A stretch of DNA of 64,000 bases from Styela clava (taxonomy: Eukaryota), in contig NC_135263.1 in the NCBI RefSeq assembly GCF_964204865.1, positions 15,934,001 to 15,998,000 of the forward strand, read 5' to 3'. Below the pieces are notes generated by a model, which made no database searches, was not told where the DNA came from, and saw only the letters and a list, made by a program, of their open reading frames with translations. Shown here one piece after another: positions 51,901 through 64,000 of this stretch. Every line of letters starts with the position of its first letter. The first letter of the stretch is position 1. A program made the position numbers and the translations under genes.

Positions 51901-54900
51901 TCCCCCCCCCCAAGTTTTAAGTTTTACATAAAATAGGTATCTATGTAATGCTGCGCACCTGTCTGTTAACTCAGATTTTATTTTAAAAATTCCGAAACCC
52001 ATAAAAATAGAGATTTTGTATAATATGCAAATTTGTTCAATAGTTTCGTCATAATGAATTATCTTTGTAAACGTAGGATTATTGTGACGTCACAAGGGCA
52101 AAATAACCTCGCGATGGATTTTTGAGTTTTTGCATCTCAGATTCTAGCTTGGCGCTTATAAATTTCAATTTATACTACAGTATAGGAAGGCGTGCACTTG
52201 TGATATTCACTGTCTGAGTCTAATTCACTTTGGTTGGCTTTTATATAAGGGTACATAGCTGTTTTATTCTCTATATTTAACTTTAGTCTTATTTCGGTGG
52301 ATGTGCAGAGCGTGGAATATTAATGAAATATATATTTTGAAACATAAAAAATAATGTAATTGAAACAGATTAGCTATTTTGGGGATTATACATCGTATAT
52401 ACTAAGAATTACATTCGTTTTTGGATTGTTTGGTTTTCAGGACTGGTACATATAGTCAAGTTGCAAAATTGCGTATGTCCCCTAGTCATAGACACATTTC
52501 TGCCTAATTCACAGTGCGCCATTATGACGTCACATGACTGCGTCATACAAATTAACTTAAATCCGGCTACGATCAAAAAATTGAACTCTGGCAAATTATT
52601 GACTCTCAATAGCTTAGCAATATCATTAGAAAGTTTTTTACGTTTTTCTCAAAACTGCTAAAAATGACTTACGCAATTCGGTTATTAGCGTGACGATATG
52701 TTTATTGTATTCACATCATTCGCACTGTATATCAATAAATATTGCATTGGCAACCGTCTTTGAACAATACACATATGAAAAGTAACACTAATGAAATAAA
52801 TATAGTTAGTATGTATGAAACTTGCAATTTTATCAGGCACAACAGAATTCCATGAAATTACGATGACGACATCTCAGCAAACGACAGGCAAGTAATTTTT
52901 ATATCATACGTAAAGGTTCCTTATTTTTTTTACAGAATTTTGAGCACTTATTGAACAGTCTTGGAAATATGTATCCAATTATAATATCGATATATAAACA
53001 TATCGATTTTAATTCACTAAGACCCTGGAACGATACTGAGTGTCGAAAACACTATGATTCGTGTTCAAACAAGAAAACCCATTTTATCAGTTGTATCGGA
53101 ATCAATCAACGCAGAAAGCAAAATTTATTGATGCACAACCGGTGTTGCAATAATAGGCTAACATGATAATACACAAGTCAAATTCCACCCGCCTCTGTAA
53201 TATATACTGTAAAGTTGAGCTGTAACAAAGAATACTGCCTTTTTACTATTCACTGAAACAAAAAGTCAAATATACCAAATTCACTCAATTATTCGATGCA
53301 TTTCATATCACCAGTAGTTATACGAGAAATACTTGATTTGAAAATTGTAAAGCATTGCATATAGCATTGCATAGTAAGTAATACTAACAATATTGGAGTT
53401 TAAAAAATAAGTTAACAACATTAAAAAATTAAAGTTCAACAACATTGAAGATTAACATTTACTTTTATCAGGCGCGGTTACTTTACATGAAATCACGACC
53501 TCTACTGAACACATTACAACAAGTCAGTATCCAAAACTGATGTTTTCTACATTTTGAAACATTTTCTGTATATATTCATCATGATTAATTTGCAACATTG
53601 AGAGACACATATATATTTTGCAAAAATCATTTATTTCGTTGAACTGTTGAACAGCAGTAATTCCTTTAAAATTGTAACAAAAGTTGCAGAACCCCTGGCA
53701 GAGAATTTAACATCATATTGAATACTGTTTTGCAATGAAATAAAAGAAATTTAGCCACGTTTTTATGTAAAAGTATAATTAAATGCAATAACCTAACTAA
53801 TTTTCCAGCACTGAGTTGTGAATTAAAATGCAACGGAGGTAACCAAGAATGCATTGACGATAAGTGCGTATGCAGCGATGGATATGAAAGTGTAAATAAA
53901 TATTGCACCAAAGGTAATGCTAGATTTTTAGTCAACTCGGCGTAGAATATCATTTACATATAATGTTCTTATTTGATGTTACTAATGCTTAATGTTACTA
54001 ATTTGAGTGTTATTTGCAGTGTGTCCTGACACGTGCCCTAAACACTCCTCATGTAAAAACGCCGAGAATGGATGCCAGTGTGATAGCGGATTTACGAACT
54101 ACGATGATGACTCTGGATGCATTGGTAGAATTATTTTTATAGCTTATAGCATTGCAATTTATGTTTGTCATAGTTGAGCTTTCAAGTGTAATTTTTCGTT
54201 GCTCAAATTCCTAACCGTCATTTTATCAAATAAATAGAATAATCATCTGTAGGTAACGCTATTACTTATTTTTACAAATAAGAAAGTTTTTTTTGATATG
54301 TGAGACGGGCCCAAAGAATTGAACCCATTTACAATTGTGGTGATTATATAGGACGTTTTCAATTAAATTCGCTAATAAGGTATTGCTACATTAACTAAAT
54401 TACATATTGGACGCAAAAATGGAAAATATAAAACTGGTTATTTTTTATTACAGATATTGACGAATGTAAAACTAACTGCAACGATATTACATCTCAAAAT
54501 TGCACAAATTATCCAGGATCTTTTTCTTGTTCCTGTAAAGCAGGCTATTACTTGTATGAAGACAGTTGCTTACCTCGTAAGTTAAATTACTGATTACTAT
54601 AACTAAGCGAGTTATAGTTTAATATACTGAAAATTTATATATACTACTTGATCTAAAGTAGCATTAGTTATCATTATTATATTTCAGAGCTCCCGCACTT
54701 GCCACGAATCGGTTATTAAAAAATATATGTCTAGATTTCTTGAAAAAGATTTTGTTCTGGATGGAAAAATTTAAAATGTACCATGTTATAAGTCTAGTAT
54801 CTCAGCACTCTTTTTTATTTATTAAAAACCAACTGAAAGGTGATGCGACTTTGCTAAAAATTGCCTTTCCAAATATTTGAAATGAAAATGTGTAAAAGTA

Positions 54901-57900
54901 TGTTTTTCCGCCAACGGCTTTCCATATAAATATCGCACGGTCGCATGGATAGAATTATATCATGTTATGTGAACTTTTTATTTACACCAGCCGTTCAATT
55001 TTAAAACAGAATTACAGCGCTTTTGAGCCAGTTCAAAAGTAGAAACTTATGGTGCAACAAACAAGTCCAAATATAAAATTGCAAAAGTAAAGTTGTAAAG
55101 GAATGATGAATATGTATATGAAAATTAGCATGTGTTTATATTTTATTTAAAGCTGTATAGATTTGCATAACACCGCTTCACGAAGGACCGATTCACGGAT
55201 CATTGTTATGACTGCTGATATGTGGAATGAGCTATTTTTTGAGGGACAGGCGATCATAACATGTGTTAAGATTAAAATTGAAATGGAATACATACTCGTA
55301 TACATTGTCACACTACCTTCTTTAAAACCGGTTCGTTCTTTAATGACGCGTACATTTTCACCACAGCTGAGTTTAAGGCTATCAATAAAAAAACATATCG
55401 GAATTTTGAAACACAAAAATACAATATCTAGTAATACCTCTAGTAAAACAGACATCGGGCATACATATTTTGGTGACTCTGACGTGGTTCATGTCTCAAA
55501 CAAAATCATACTCCATGATGTCTACAAATTGGCTACAAAATATGTTGTTACTTATCGATCTTAAGATCGGTAAGTATATTGATAGGTATTTGTCTGTATG
55601 TCTGTATGTATGTCTGTCTGTGTGTCTGTTAGATGCACGCGATATCTCACGAAGGCGTGGTTGAATCTGCTCCAAATTTTGCATGTGCATTCATCATATC
55701 TCGGACCAGAAGCCTATTGATTTCGGATGAATTATGTCGTATAATTAGCGAGTTATTAATTAATTAGTGATGAAGAGATCTGGATTTTCACAAATCGAGA
55801 GATTTTCGAGACGCGCTGAATGTGTGTGTGCGTATCAGATGCGCAAGTTTCCACGCTAGGGAGTCAGAGCGAAGGATACACACCGCTAGATCGTATCTCG
55901 TGATTAATCTTTGAGCCTTGTCCATATCTCTCTTGTAACTTTGACGTCGTCGCGATGCGCAAGTTTCCTTCGAGAAATTTTCCACACTATTGAGTCAGAG
56001 CGAAGGATACACGCCGCGAGATCGTATCTCGTTACTTATAATTACTCCTTAAAGTTTAAGCAATGTCCATATCCCTAAATCAGGTTCGGGGTTGCAGAAT
56101 TCCTCACCAAAATATCGCTAGGCTGTGTTTGAATAGCCGTCGCAACCTGGGTTAGCGCCGTTGTATTTGACACAAACTATAGGATTGGTAAATACAGAAA
56201 TAGGCTATTGGCTGGAAACTAATCGAAACAATCCAGTTCGGATTTGCAGAATTCTTCATAAAAGTATTTCCTCGAGTAGTATTTCGACGACATGGGGAGT
56301 TGGCTATTGTTTCCTACATTTCTGATATTGGCTGAAAACTAATCAAAACAATCCAGTTCGGGTTTGCAGAATTTTTCGAATCGAAACCGCAGTTTCTGTT
56401 TTGGGGGATCCCCTAACTTTCGATCGATAAGTCTTCGGTCTCTGACCGATATTCTCGTTTTTGTCATTGGGATGGTAGAGAAACCCAGCTTCACAGTACA
56501 ACAGGCGAAAATGACTAAACAGACCTGAATGTTTTGATGGTAAAGAAATCTAAGTAATAAACTGGAAACGAAGAAAAGAATTCCTTGTTACACACTGTTA
56601 TCTACTTAACGCGATTCAGATTCAGATATTTTATTTCGTCTAAGAACTATACTGAAGAACGCGAAAGAATTATACTGGCACAAAATGCTCAAACGTTAAA
56701 ATGTATTAGATATTTCAAGGATTTGAAAATGTACATCACGAAGTAATGTAAAGAAATAAAATGTTTAAAAACTTATACAGACGGTAATGCGCACTATTCA
56801 TAGTCCAACATACGAATATAATGCGTAAAAGATTTCAATCATCAGCCATGATTCAATATGATGAAATTGTGACAATGAATAAGAATATTGTTTTAAACAG
56901 AACCAGAGGAATGCCCAAAAGACTGTGGAGAACATTCTGAATGCAAAGACCCCAGTAAAGGATGCGAATGTGCTCCAGGTTGGACATATGGCGAGATTGA
57001 TGAAAAGAGTTGTCCAAGTATGTGTTTAATTCGACGGTTCCATCACTATTCCACGAATATAATATGAATCAAGTATTTACCTCAAATCGTTAAACTAAAT
57101 AAAATTTATGAATATTTTATGTACTCATAGAAAAACTATTTTGTATTAACTGACTTTGACTTCTTTTTCATGGAAACTATTTAAAGCAGTGATTCTCAAA
57201 CTAGGGTTTGAGAGCCGCATGCGGCTCTCAACAACCTTCCCTGCGGCTCCCGTTAATATTTTAAAAATTTATTATTTTTAAAGAAAATTTTTCATTGAAA
57301 ACTAATCATTGACTCGAAATTAAAATGCTGAAGTCTATTAGTTAGTCGAATGGATTCCCCCGTGTTTATTTGCGTAGCGTTGACTAACCTACAAGATACA
57401 ATAGTGACGCAACAGTGAGCGTTTTCGCGGACACTCGGACACTTTTCGCTTGGAAAGATTTCAGACATGGCTGTAATCATTGGCTTTTGTGGATTTTCAG
57501 TTTGTGTCGCATTTCCAGATCTTATGTATAAATCAAATAACTCAATGATTATTTTAATTTCTAGAGCATTTTAATTTTGTTCCAGAAATCGAAAATAGTC
57601 CCGAAAAATCTGGCGATCATCTCAAGCAGCTACTGCACCTTGCATCCTCCACGATTACGACCCGTTCTGACAAACTTATTAGAAATCAAAGCCTAATTAA
57701 ATCAAATAAAAAAATCGAAAAAATTTTCGAATTGAATAATTTGAATATTTTTTTTATACATAACAGGGATCCAGAACGTCGGAGGCCGAAAGTCCATTTG
57801 GAAATTAATAGAAACATTGAAAAGTCGGCAATAAAGCGTTTTTTAATGGTTAATTTTATCATAATGGCTGATCGTCTTTGTCACCGCGATCGTTTTGGCG

Positions 57901-60900
57901 GCGATATCCTAAAGTTGGTATTCTATATTTCCGCCCTTTCTCGTTTTTGCAAGAATAAGCGGTCGCCGAATATCGAAATTCCATATTTCTAGTATACCCT
58001 TGCGTTCTCATCAGCGACAGCTGTTGAATACATTTAAGGACTGATTTCAAAACCAAATTAATTCTATTCTGAGTTTTATCCTCTGCCTTGGATTTGATCT
58101 TCCTTATCACCGCTTGTAAATTAACCGCGCCTGTTTTAAGTTAACGGTAACCGAGATGCAGATATTTATTATAATGATAATTGAGTTTCTCATGCTTTTC
58201 TATGGTGTTATTTTAGTATTAGATAGATAAACCTAGCAAATTTACGAATGCGTGAATCCTGAAAGTTGATTTAAAATAGCGATTAAATAAATTGTCAATA
58301 AAGGCATTTTTAGGCCTTTGTGCCTAATAGAGTGTCAGACTCTAATTGTACCTGATTATTTCAAGTTTTAACGTTTTTTTTTCAACAAAACAACTCCCCG
58401 ATGGTTATTATAGCTAAAATACTTACTCAGTAATGCTCAATTTTCTTTACGGAATTTGCAAATTCAGCACATCACTTGATGATTTTGATTATATCATGCC
58501 TTATGGCTTAATTATTATTGACCAAATGCTTCAAAATTTAACAATTGTAATCATTTTCGATGATAATAGACGCAACAATTTGTGAACGAGTCAGTGTGCA
58601 TTGTTACAACGAAATTCACGATTGATTTTGCGTTCTACTCTGGGCTCAACTTGGCTCGACGGCCATGCATGGTCGAGTAAAATGTTTACATATTCGAAAA
58701 ATTACTTGGCAAAAGATGGAAGGGATCACTAAAGAGCTAATACAAAGTGCTTTAAAGGGAGTAGGACATGACATTTCTTATCTGGTTACAACTTAATGAA
58801 TTTTCCCATACAAGTAACTCATACCAGCTTTTGGAAAAACTTTTGGTCATTTTTTAAATCCATGCTATTTACATAACTAGAGTGTTTTAACGACCTAAAA
58901 TCGTATTTTTCACAATGAAACGCCGAAATGTCATTTTAACATTTAACAACTTTATGTTCGGTAATGCAGGAAATGGCTATTGACATGTCACCAAGCATGC
59001 CGAGTTTAAATCTGAGAAATTTATTTTAAATACCTAATCTGGTTTGACGTTTCTAAATTTACGGAACGGTCGGTACGTTTTTTTTGCAAAACGATGAATT
59101 GAAAGGATACCATAAGTGCAAAAATAGGCATATAACACCATAACGCAAAGACAACTTTTCAAATTTTTCTTATTTTTCTCATAGCGATCGCCATTGGGAA
59201 ATCTCGCACAATTCACGATTGAGTTGGAGACGCTCGAGTTCGGTGTCCAAGCAGAGAGGCGCAGGTCACGTAATACCAGATATTCAAATAGCAAAATGCC
59301 ATTCGAATATTTTATTATTCGAATATTTGGCCCAGCCCTAGTTGTTACGTGTTGTTGTTATGATGACTTGGTATTTTAATTACGCGATTAAGGTTTGTTG
59401 CTATTTTACCTTGCGTTGTTTGTGTGCGGCTCTTCATACCTTTGAGGTTTGAAATGCGGCTCTGGGACTAAAAAAGTTTGAGAACCACTGATTTAAAGCA
59501 TCAACATTCTTTCACTTCAACATTCACTAAACATCGTAAATTCGAATTCGAGTTTTTGGTGAGGCCAAATCAGAGGGATTCGTAATAAAATTCTCGATTT
59601 CGATGTGAAATTGGTATTTATCAATCATATTTAACATGCTATAGCTATCGCAAAGTATAACGAGGCCAAATTTTTCTTCGTTGGAAGCGCGGTGCGTTCT
59701 TACTAGAGGGTTGAGCATATCAAATGAAATAGAAAACGTTGGGCAACTCGAAAAATGAAAATATTTGATTTCATTAGATTATAATATTTTTGACTTTCTT
59801 TCAATTTTAAATATTTATACAAAATGAGTGCGGCACAACAAATATTATGAAAATGTCTGCCCAGTTGTGCATACCGTGGGCTATAGCATTGGACACTGGA
59901 AACTAGTTATCTTCATACAGGCTGATACAACACCATAATAAAGTAATATTTGACAATTTCGTCGAGCTCTTCTGTATTGTCATATGTATTTTGGACTAGC
60001 AGAGTGTCCCAATTTATATGTAGAGCCGAAGAATTTGTATCTCAAAAACAAGCATTCATCTGCCTGTATCCCATTTCAAGTTGGATGTACATTGACTGTT
60101 GTTATTATATATTTATAAATATATCAGTCGTTCACTGTATAATATGAGTACACTGTACATATCACATTATTTTTGGTTGACTTATGATTCAAAATATGAA
60201 TATTCAAATTAAACATTTACTACTATTTCAGACGATGTTGACGAATGTAAATACGACTGGGCATGTTCGGATCCGACACTTTTATGTAAAAATACTCCAG
60301 GGTCGTATATGTGCTACTGTATAGATGGCTATCGTTATAGCGAAACTGAAAGGGACAAATGTGTACCAGGTGATTATTTTGTCACTTTTGTTACAGGAAT
60401 TACTTTGCGCACAAAAAAGTGAATTACTTCACATTGTTTTTATAATTCATTTAGAACGATGCCCTGAAGACACAGTTTCCTGTTCATCTGCCCCGTCGGA
60501 CTTGTGCTTAAGTTCTGGCGAAGAAATAATCACTTTCCCGTCTACATTGTTTGGATATTCAAATATAAGCGACAACTCATGCCCTTCTGATACTGAGAAT
60601 GGTCTGTTTTTTTTCACATGACTTTAGATCCTCGAATCCTTATACATTTAGACGCGTACATACTCATACAAAGCAATTATATTAACATCAAATCATGAAG
60701 TTGTTAAACTACTAATTTAAGACGGATTTAGACATAATCATCCTGAGTATTTCCAGAATGAAAGTATTCTTCACCAAAAAAAAAGATGCACCTTGTGAAA
60801 TTCTATTTTCTATAAATATTCCAGTAGTGGATATTTGAAGTGTTTAAACTAAAGCATTATCTCAACCAAAATTTATTGTACCGATATATATATATTGCTG

Positions 60901-63900
60901 ACGCCTTCTCTTTTGACGCATCTACATTGATTAATCTTTTAAAGATTACAAATACAAAGTCAATGGATGTAAATGCCAATGTGTAAAGTTGCAATTGTTT
61001 GCTTGCAAACCAGCTGTATAATATACATATCAATCAAATTTCTTATTTTCATAACAATATATTATGTCATATGGCTGCCTGCCATTAATAAAAACAAGTG
61101 GCTAAATAATATTCACAGAAGGTAAACCATATGGAACCAGATTATGTTCAATTGAAGGAAGTTGGGAGACGCCAATTTGGTTATCGTCATGTAACTTGGG
61201 AATTGAGGTAAATAAATGATTTTGCTTGCTGTTAGAAAATTTGACTTATGTAAACAATATTTTTAATATTTAGAATTTGGGTTCCAAACCAATTGAAACT
61301 GAAGAAGACCGAATACAAACTTCTGACGACCTCGAAGTTTTAACTTCATCACCAGAAGAACTGGATTCCGCTGATATTGCTACCACCACTGAAATAATTG
61401 ATAACGTCACAAACACGGAGAGTATACCAAGTTCAGTAAGATATTATAAAATTTTATCTACATAGTTGAGTGCAATGTCTGATGTCAGTGTCTGATGAAT
61501 CGGGTAAATGAATAATCAAACAAAATTAACAACTCATAAGGTTAGGTATGAAATTTTCAGACGCCGTCATAAAAATGTCGTTCATACAATTTTCAAGTTG
61601 ACATATATATGCGTAAAATGGCGCATGGAACTTGTGCATAGACCGCGAATTTAGTTGGTTGGCCTCTTCACCAAACATATATCCAATTTCTGAACAAGTT
61701 ATTGATATGTCTTGTGCCATAGAACTGTTTTCATATTTATACTCGTGTTTTTTCACTTAAGTTGTCATTTACAATTTTTTTTAGGTAGCTACGTCTGTCG
61801 TTTCGACTATCAGCAATGTTATGGAATCTCCAAGCTTAGAAGAAAGTCAGCAAACAGATGAGTATGCTTCAATAATATTGCTTCAAAAATAACAATCATG
61901 CAGCACTGAGTCTAATTGAATGGCAAAGTTAGCAACTAGGCTATTTACATGAATTGACACAGCTCAGCATTTCTGAAGCTGTACTCGCCAAAGATAACAG
62001 TGTTCCAAAAACTAAATTTCCGATCTAGTAATTTAATTAAATATTGAACCTTGGATGTCGCTGCTCGATAACTAGTTTCGTTTCCCGGGGCCTCCCTTAC
62101 CCTGTAAAAATGTGTGTTGAATTTTACATTTCTCAATTTCGTATGTTATTTTTTACTGAAGGGAAAAATAAACTTGACTATTACTATGACATTTAAATGA
62201 TATTTATTTTCAATAACTAATTGGTACTCCCGAAGTATGTGAACCAAGGGTGCTCCCGAAGTATGCGAACCAAGATGGCGGACATCGGAACGTAACATGG
62301 GTAACAGGTTAGGGTTAGGCGATAATTTTTTTCCAATTTTCCTTATTTTAGTCCTATTATCAGTTCGAAGACTAACCAAGAGCCTCCCGTAGTATTTATA
62401 CCTAAAATTATGGCCTAACCCTAACCTAGTACACATATTACATTCCGATGGCCGCCATCTTGGTTCGCATACTTCGGGAGCCCCGAACCAAGATTGCGGA
62501 CATCAGAACGTATTATGTGTACCAGGTTAGGGTTAGGCCATCATTTTATTCCAATTTTCCTTATTTTAGTTCTATTACGAGTTCGGGGATTAGCCAAGTG
62601 ACTCTGGTAGTATTTGTACCTGAAATTATGGCCTAACCCTAAGTACACATACTACGTTCCGGTGTCCGCCATCTTGGTTCACATACATCGGGAGTACCAA
62701 CTAATTTTCAGATACGTAAAACATATTTTAATTTTTTTTACTAGATTACTCATGCAGCTTGACGACATTGCGTCAAAAGTGATACTAGATGAAGAAACAG
62801 AAGTTTTTACGGCAATAAGCAATAATGTGTCTATGCTGGTTTATGAAGGTGTTATTAACTAAACGTGTTGCGCCCTTTCATTTAGTGAGGGAGCACGGTA
62901 TACCGATAGCCACGTTCCAGATGAATATAATAGTGTCGAAGAGACAAAACTTAGCCAGCTCAAATCACACAATTGCATTAACGCAGAACATCTTGTAGTT
63001 ATAATTGCTTGATTTAGGTTTCGATAAGAATAAGATGGACAATTTCCAGCTAACTAAATACGTCATTTTTTTCGAAAAATTAAATCATTCTTTTTCTATT
63101 TTAAAGCATTTGCTTCAACTATGAACAATAAGAATAAACGTGCATCATTTACATGTATTTTCATCATTAAAGCTTACGTTTTGTTGCTTAGGCTTTCCCA
63201 AGTGTCAATAAATTGAGTATACCCATCAACCCCTCTTTTCTTATTTTGCAAAGTACCTACAAATGTACCAACTATGGTGCCTACCGGTCCCAATTTACCA
63301 TTCCGAAATATAACTATTAAACTCGAGTGTATTTATTTACACCTGAATGAAGTCCATTCATACATCTCAATAAAAATTCCAAACGCGAATGTCTTAAATC
63401 CAGCTTTCGTTCATGAAATATACTTTTTCCAGTGAATACGCGAGCTGTGACAGGAGTTGGAGTTGCAGTCTTGGTTCGACCAGACAGTTCTAAACTGGGG
63501 TTTCGTGCAGATCAAATGGTCACCATATATGAATCTTTGACCGCCGGTGGCATAATAGACAATAATGCGATCGAAGCTACAATATATGTTCCACACGCTG
63601 CCTTCAAAAGTATGTGATTGATTATTAAACGGTATATCGATTGATGAAATGAATATAAGGATAATGTTGTAATCTTTTTTTTTCATTGTCTGTATACCAT
63701 TTTAAGTACACTGCGGAACAACTCTTAAATGTCTTTTGGTAGATTCGAGAGTTGCTATTTATGTTTTTGGAAATAACAACTTGTTTCCGCGAAATACGGT
63801 GCAAGCCAAGACTGACCAGGAAAGAAGGACAAGTCGAGAATCAGCACCACCAAATGCAATAGTTAATAGCATTGTTTTGTCAGCTACTATTGACGGTGTC

Positions 63901-63942
63901 AACGTTTCAAATTTACCCAAAGATAATCAACTCACGTTTTCG
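36901..63942 (+). CDS. Adhesion G protein-coupled receptor-like gene, 5' portion (signal peptide, mucin-like repeat stalk, 5 EGF, HRM, GAIN); GPS/7TM expected beyond the window
   Basis: Exons: 36901-36991 (MALVFMCSKHEKIWISFIFITMLARYCCSE; moderate confidence); 37903-37938; 16 stalk micro-exons within 38257-53522; EGF exons 53809-53913, 54020-54124, 54454-54576 (DIDEC), 56901-57017, 60232-60369 (DVDEC); HRM exons 60455-60601, 61119-61207 (GTRLCSIEGSWETP..SSC); GAIN exons 61274-61435, 61785-61861, 62745-62848, 63433-63609, 63743-63942 (FGNNNLFP...VNSIVLSATI.GVNVSNL). Phases are compatible and no in-frame stop was found. Confidence 0.85.
42716..43545 (-). mobile_element. hAT (Tip100-like) deletion derivative, intronic
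   Basis: TIR CAGGGGCGTGCC / GGCACGCCACTG. TSD GGTGTTAC (42708-42715, 43546-43553). Minus-strand remnant SIASCKRSFSKL at ~43075-43110. Confidence 0.85.
46842..47006. mobile_element. Decayed Penelope-pLTR-derived inverted repeat, intronic (paralogous copy at ~39343-39470)
   Basis: Homologous to the 5129-5218 insertion (TTCAAGAGTCTTGCTGCACAC...AACGTTTC). Inverted arm GAAACGTTGCAAAAAGATATTTGTGTT. The hammerhead stem II is deleted. Confidence 0.6.
48625..49294. mobile_element. hAT (Charlie/Buster-type) MITE, intronic
   Basis: TIR CAGGGTGGTCAAA / TTGGACCACCCTG. GCGGCCC subterminal repeats. Imperfect TSD GTTTAAAT/GTTAAAT. Confidence 0.8.
51431..51666. mobile_element. 236 bp MITE with long TIRs containing telomeric repeats (Mutator-like by GG...CC ends and 8 bp TSD)
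   Basis: TIR GGGGCTCCCGAAGTATGCGAACCAAGATGGCGGACAT...GGTTAGGGTTAGGC. TSD CAATTAGT (51423-51430, 51667-51674). Near-identical inverted copy at 62249-62484. Confidence 0.9.
55548..56459 (+). mobile_element. Helentron-associated (DINE-1/HINE-like) element, long copy, intronic
   Basis: Subterminal IR ACTTATCGATC...GATCGATAAGT, (TGTC/TGTA)n microsatellite, internal tandem duplications, 3' hairpin TCGGTC-TCT-GACCGA, ends CTCGTT. Confidence 0.75.
57187..59490. mobile_element. hAT (Charlie/Buster-type) MITE with nested insertions, intronic
   Basis: TIR CAGTGATTCTCAAACT / AGTTTGAGAACCACTG. TSD ATTTAAAG (57179-57186, 59491-59498). Contains a hAT-Ac-type end (CGAATATTTGGCCCAGCCCTA at ~59320-59340). 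Confidence 0.85.
62223..62698. mobile_element. Telomere-repeat MITE (outer) containing a sister MITE (62249-62484) inserted in its TIR
   Basis: Outer ends GGTACTCCCGA / TCGGGAGTACC with TSD AACTAATT (62215-62222, 62699-62706). Inner element TSD GAACCAAG (62241-62248, 62485-62492). Confidence 0.9.
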
Positions 63943-64000
63943 GTAAGCTTGTATATTCCTGCGATTGGCTACATGGTTATTTTTGTAAAATATTATGCGT

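Larger units (their letters stand above)
38257..53522 (+). repeat. Tandem exon-intron repeat array encoding a Thr-rich stalk (type A and type B micro-exons)
   Basis: Type A (48 nt, xNTTYQLGNTTGELFT): 38257-38304, 39930-39977, 40951-40998, 42069-42116, 44113-44160, 47612-47659, 48342-48389. Type B (48-54 nt, STAxPHNITMTTSQQTT): 39163-39216, 40679-40729, 41439-41489, 43707-43757, 46666-46716, 47755-47805, 49699-49746/49752, 52837-52887, 53472-53522. Flanking introns are visibly homologous. Confidence 0.9.

Noticed and set aside
51479-62436. Two near-identical ORFs MCTRLGLGHNFRYKYYGR... (51479-51673 + and 62146-62436 -)
   Set aside because: They are chance frames inside two copies of the 236 bp MITE, not a gene family.
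1-64000. tRNA/rRNA genes and core promoters
   Set aside because: None recognisable by eye. Most of the remaining short ORFs in the track lie in introns or repeats and were treated as noise.

Overview
This is AT-rich, intron-containing animal genomic DNA, not prokaryotic. The repeat repertoire suggests a marine invertebrate, plausibly an ascidian (inference only). Bases ~0.5-31 kb form a multi-level transposon nest: a GalEa-like Copia (A) contains an L1/Tx1-like LINE, which contains two Gypsy elements. One Gypsy (C) holds a hAT deletion derivative that in turn holds an apparently intact 5-exon hAT transposon. The other Gypsy (B) holds a second GalEa-like Copia (B). The nest has been split by a ~21 kb inversion (~7.55-28.48 kb): four elements rejoin when that segment is flipped. 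The inverted block also carries a multi-exon lipocalin-like host gene on the minus strand (12842-8729). Bases ~36.9-64 kb are the 5' part of an adhesion-GPCR-like gene on the plus strand. It has a signal peptide, a mucin-like stalk built from 16 tandem phase-1 micro-exons of two alternating types, five EGF exons, an HRM domain and a GAIN domain, and it runs off the window end. Also present are Penelope-derived hammerhead ribozyme motifs, telomere-repeat-bearing MITEs, Helentron-type (DINE-1-like) repeats and several hAT MITEs. All exon models and alignments were read by eye; no database searches were run.
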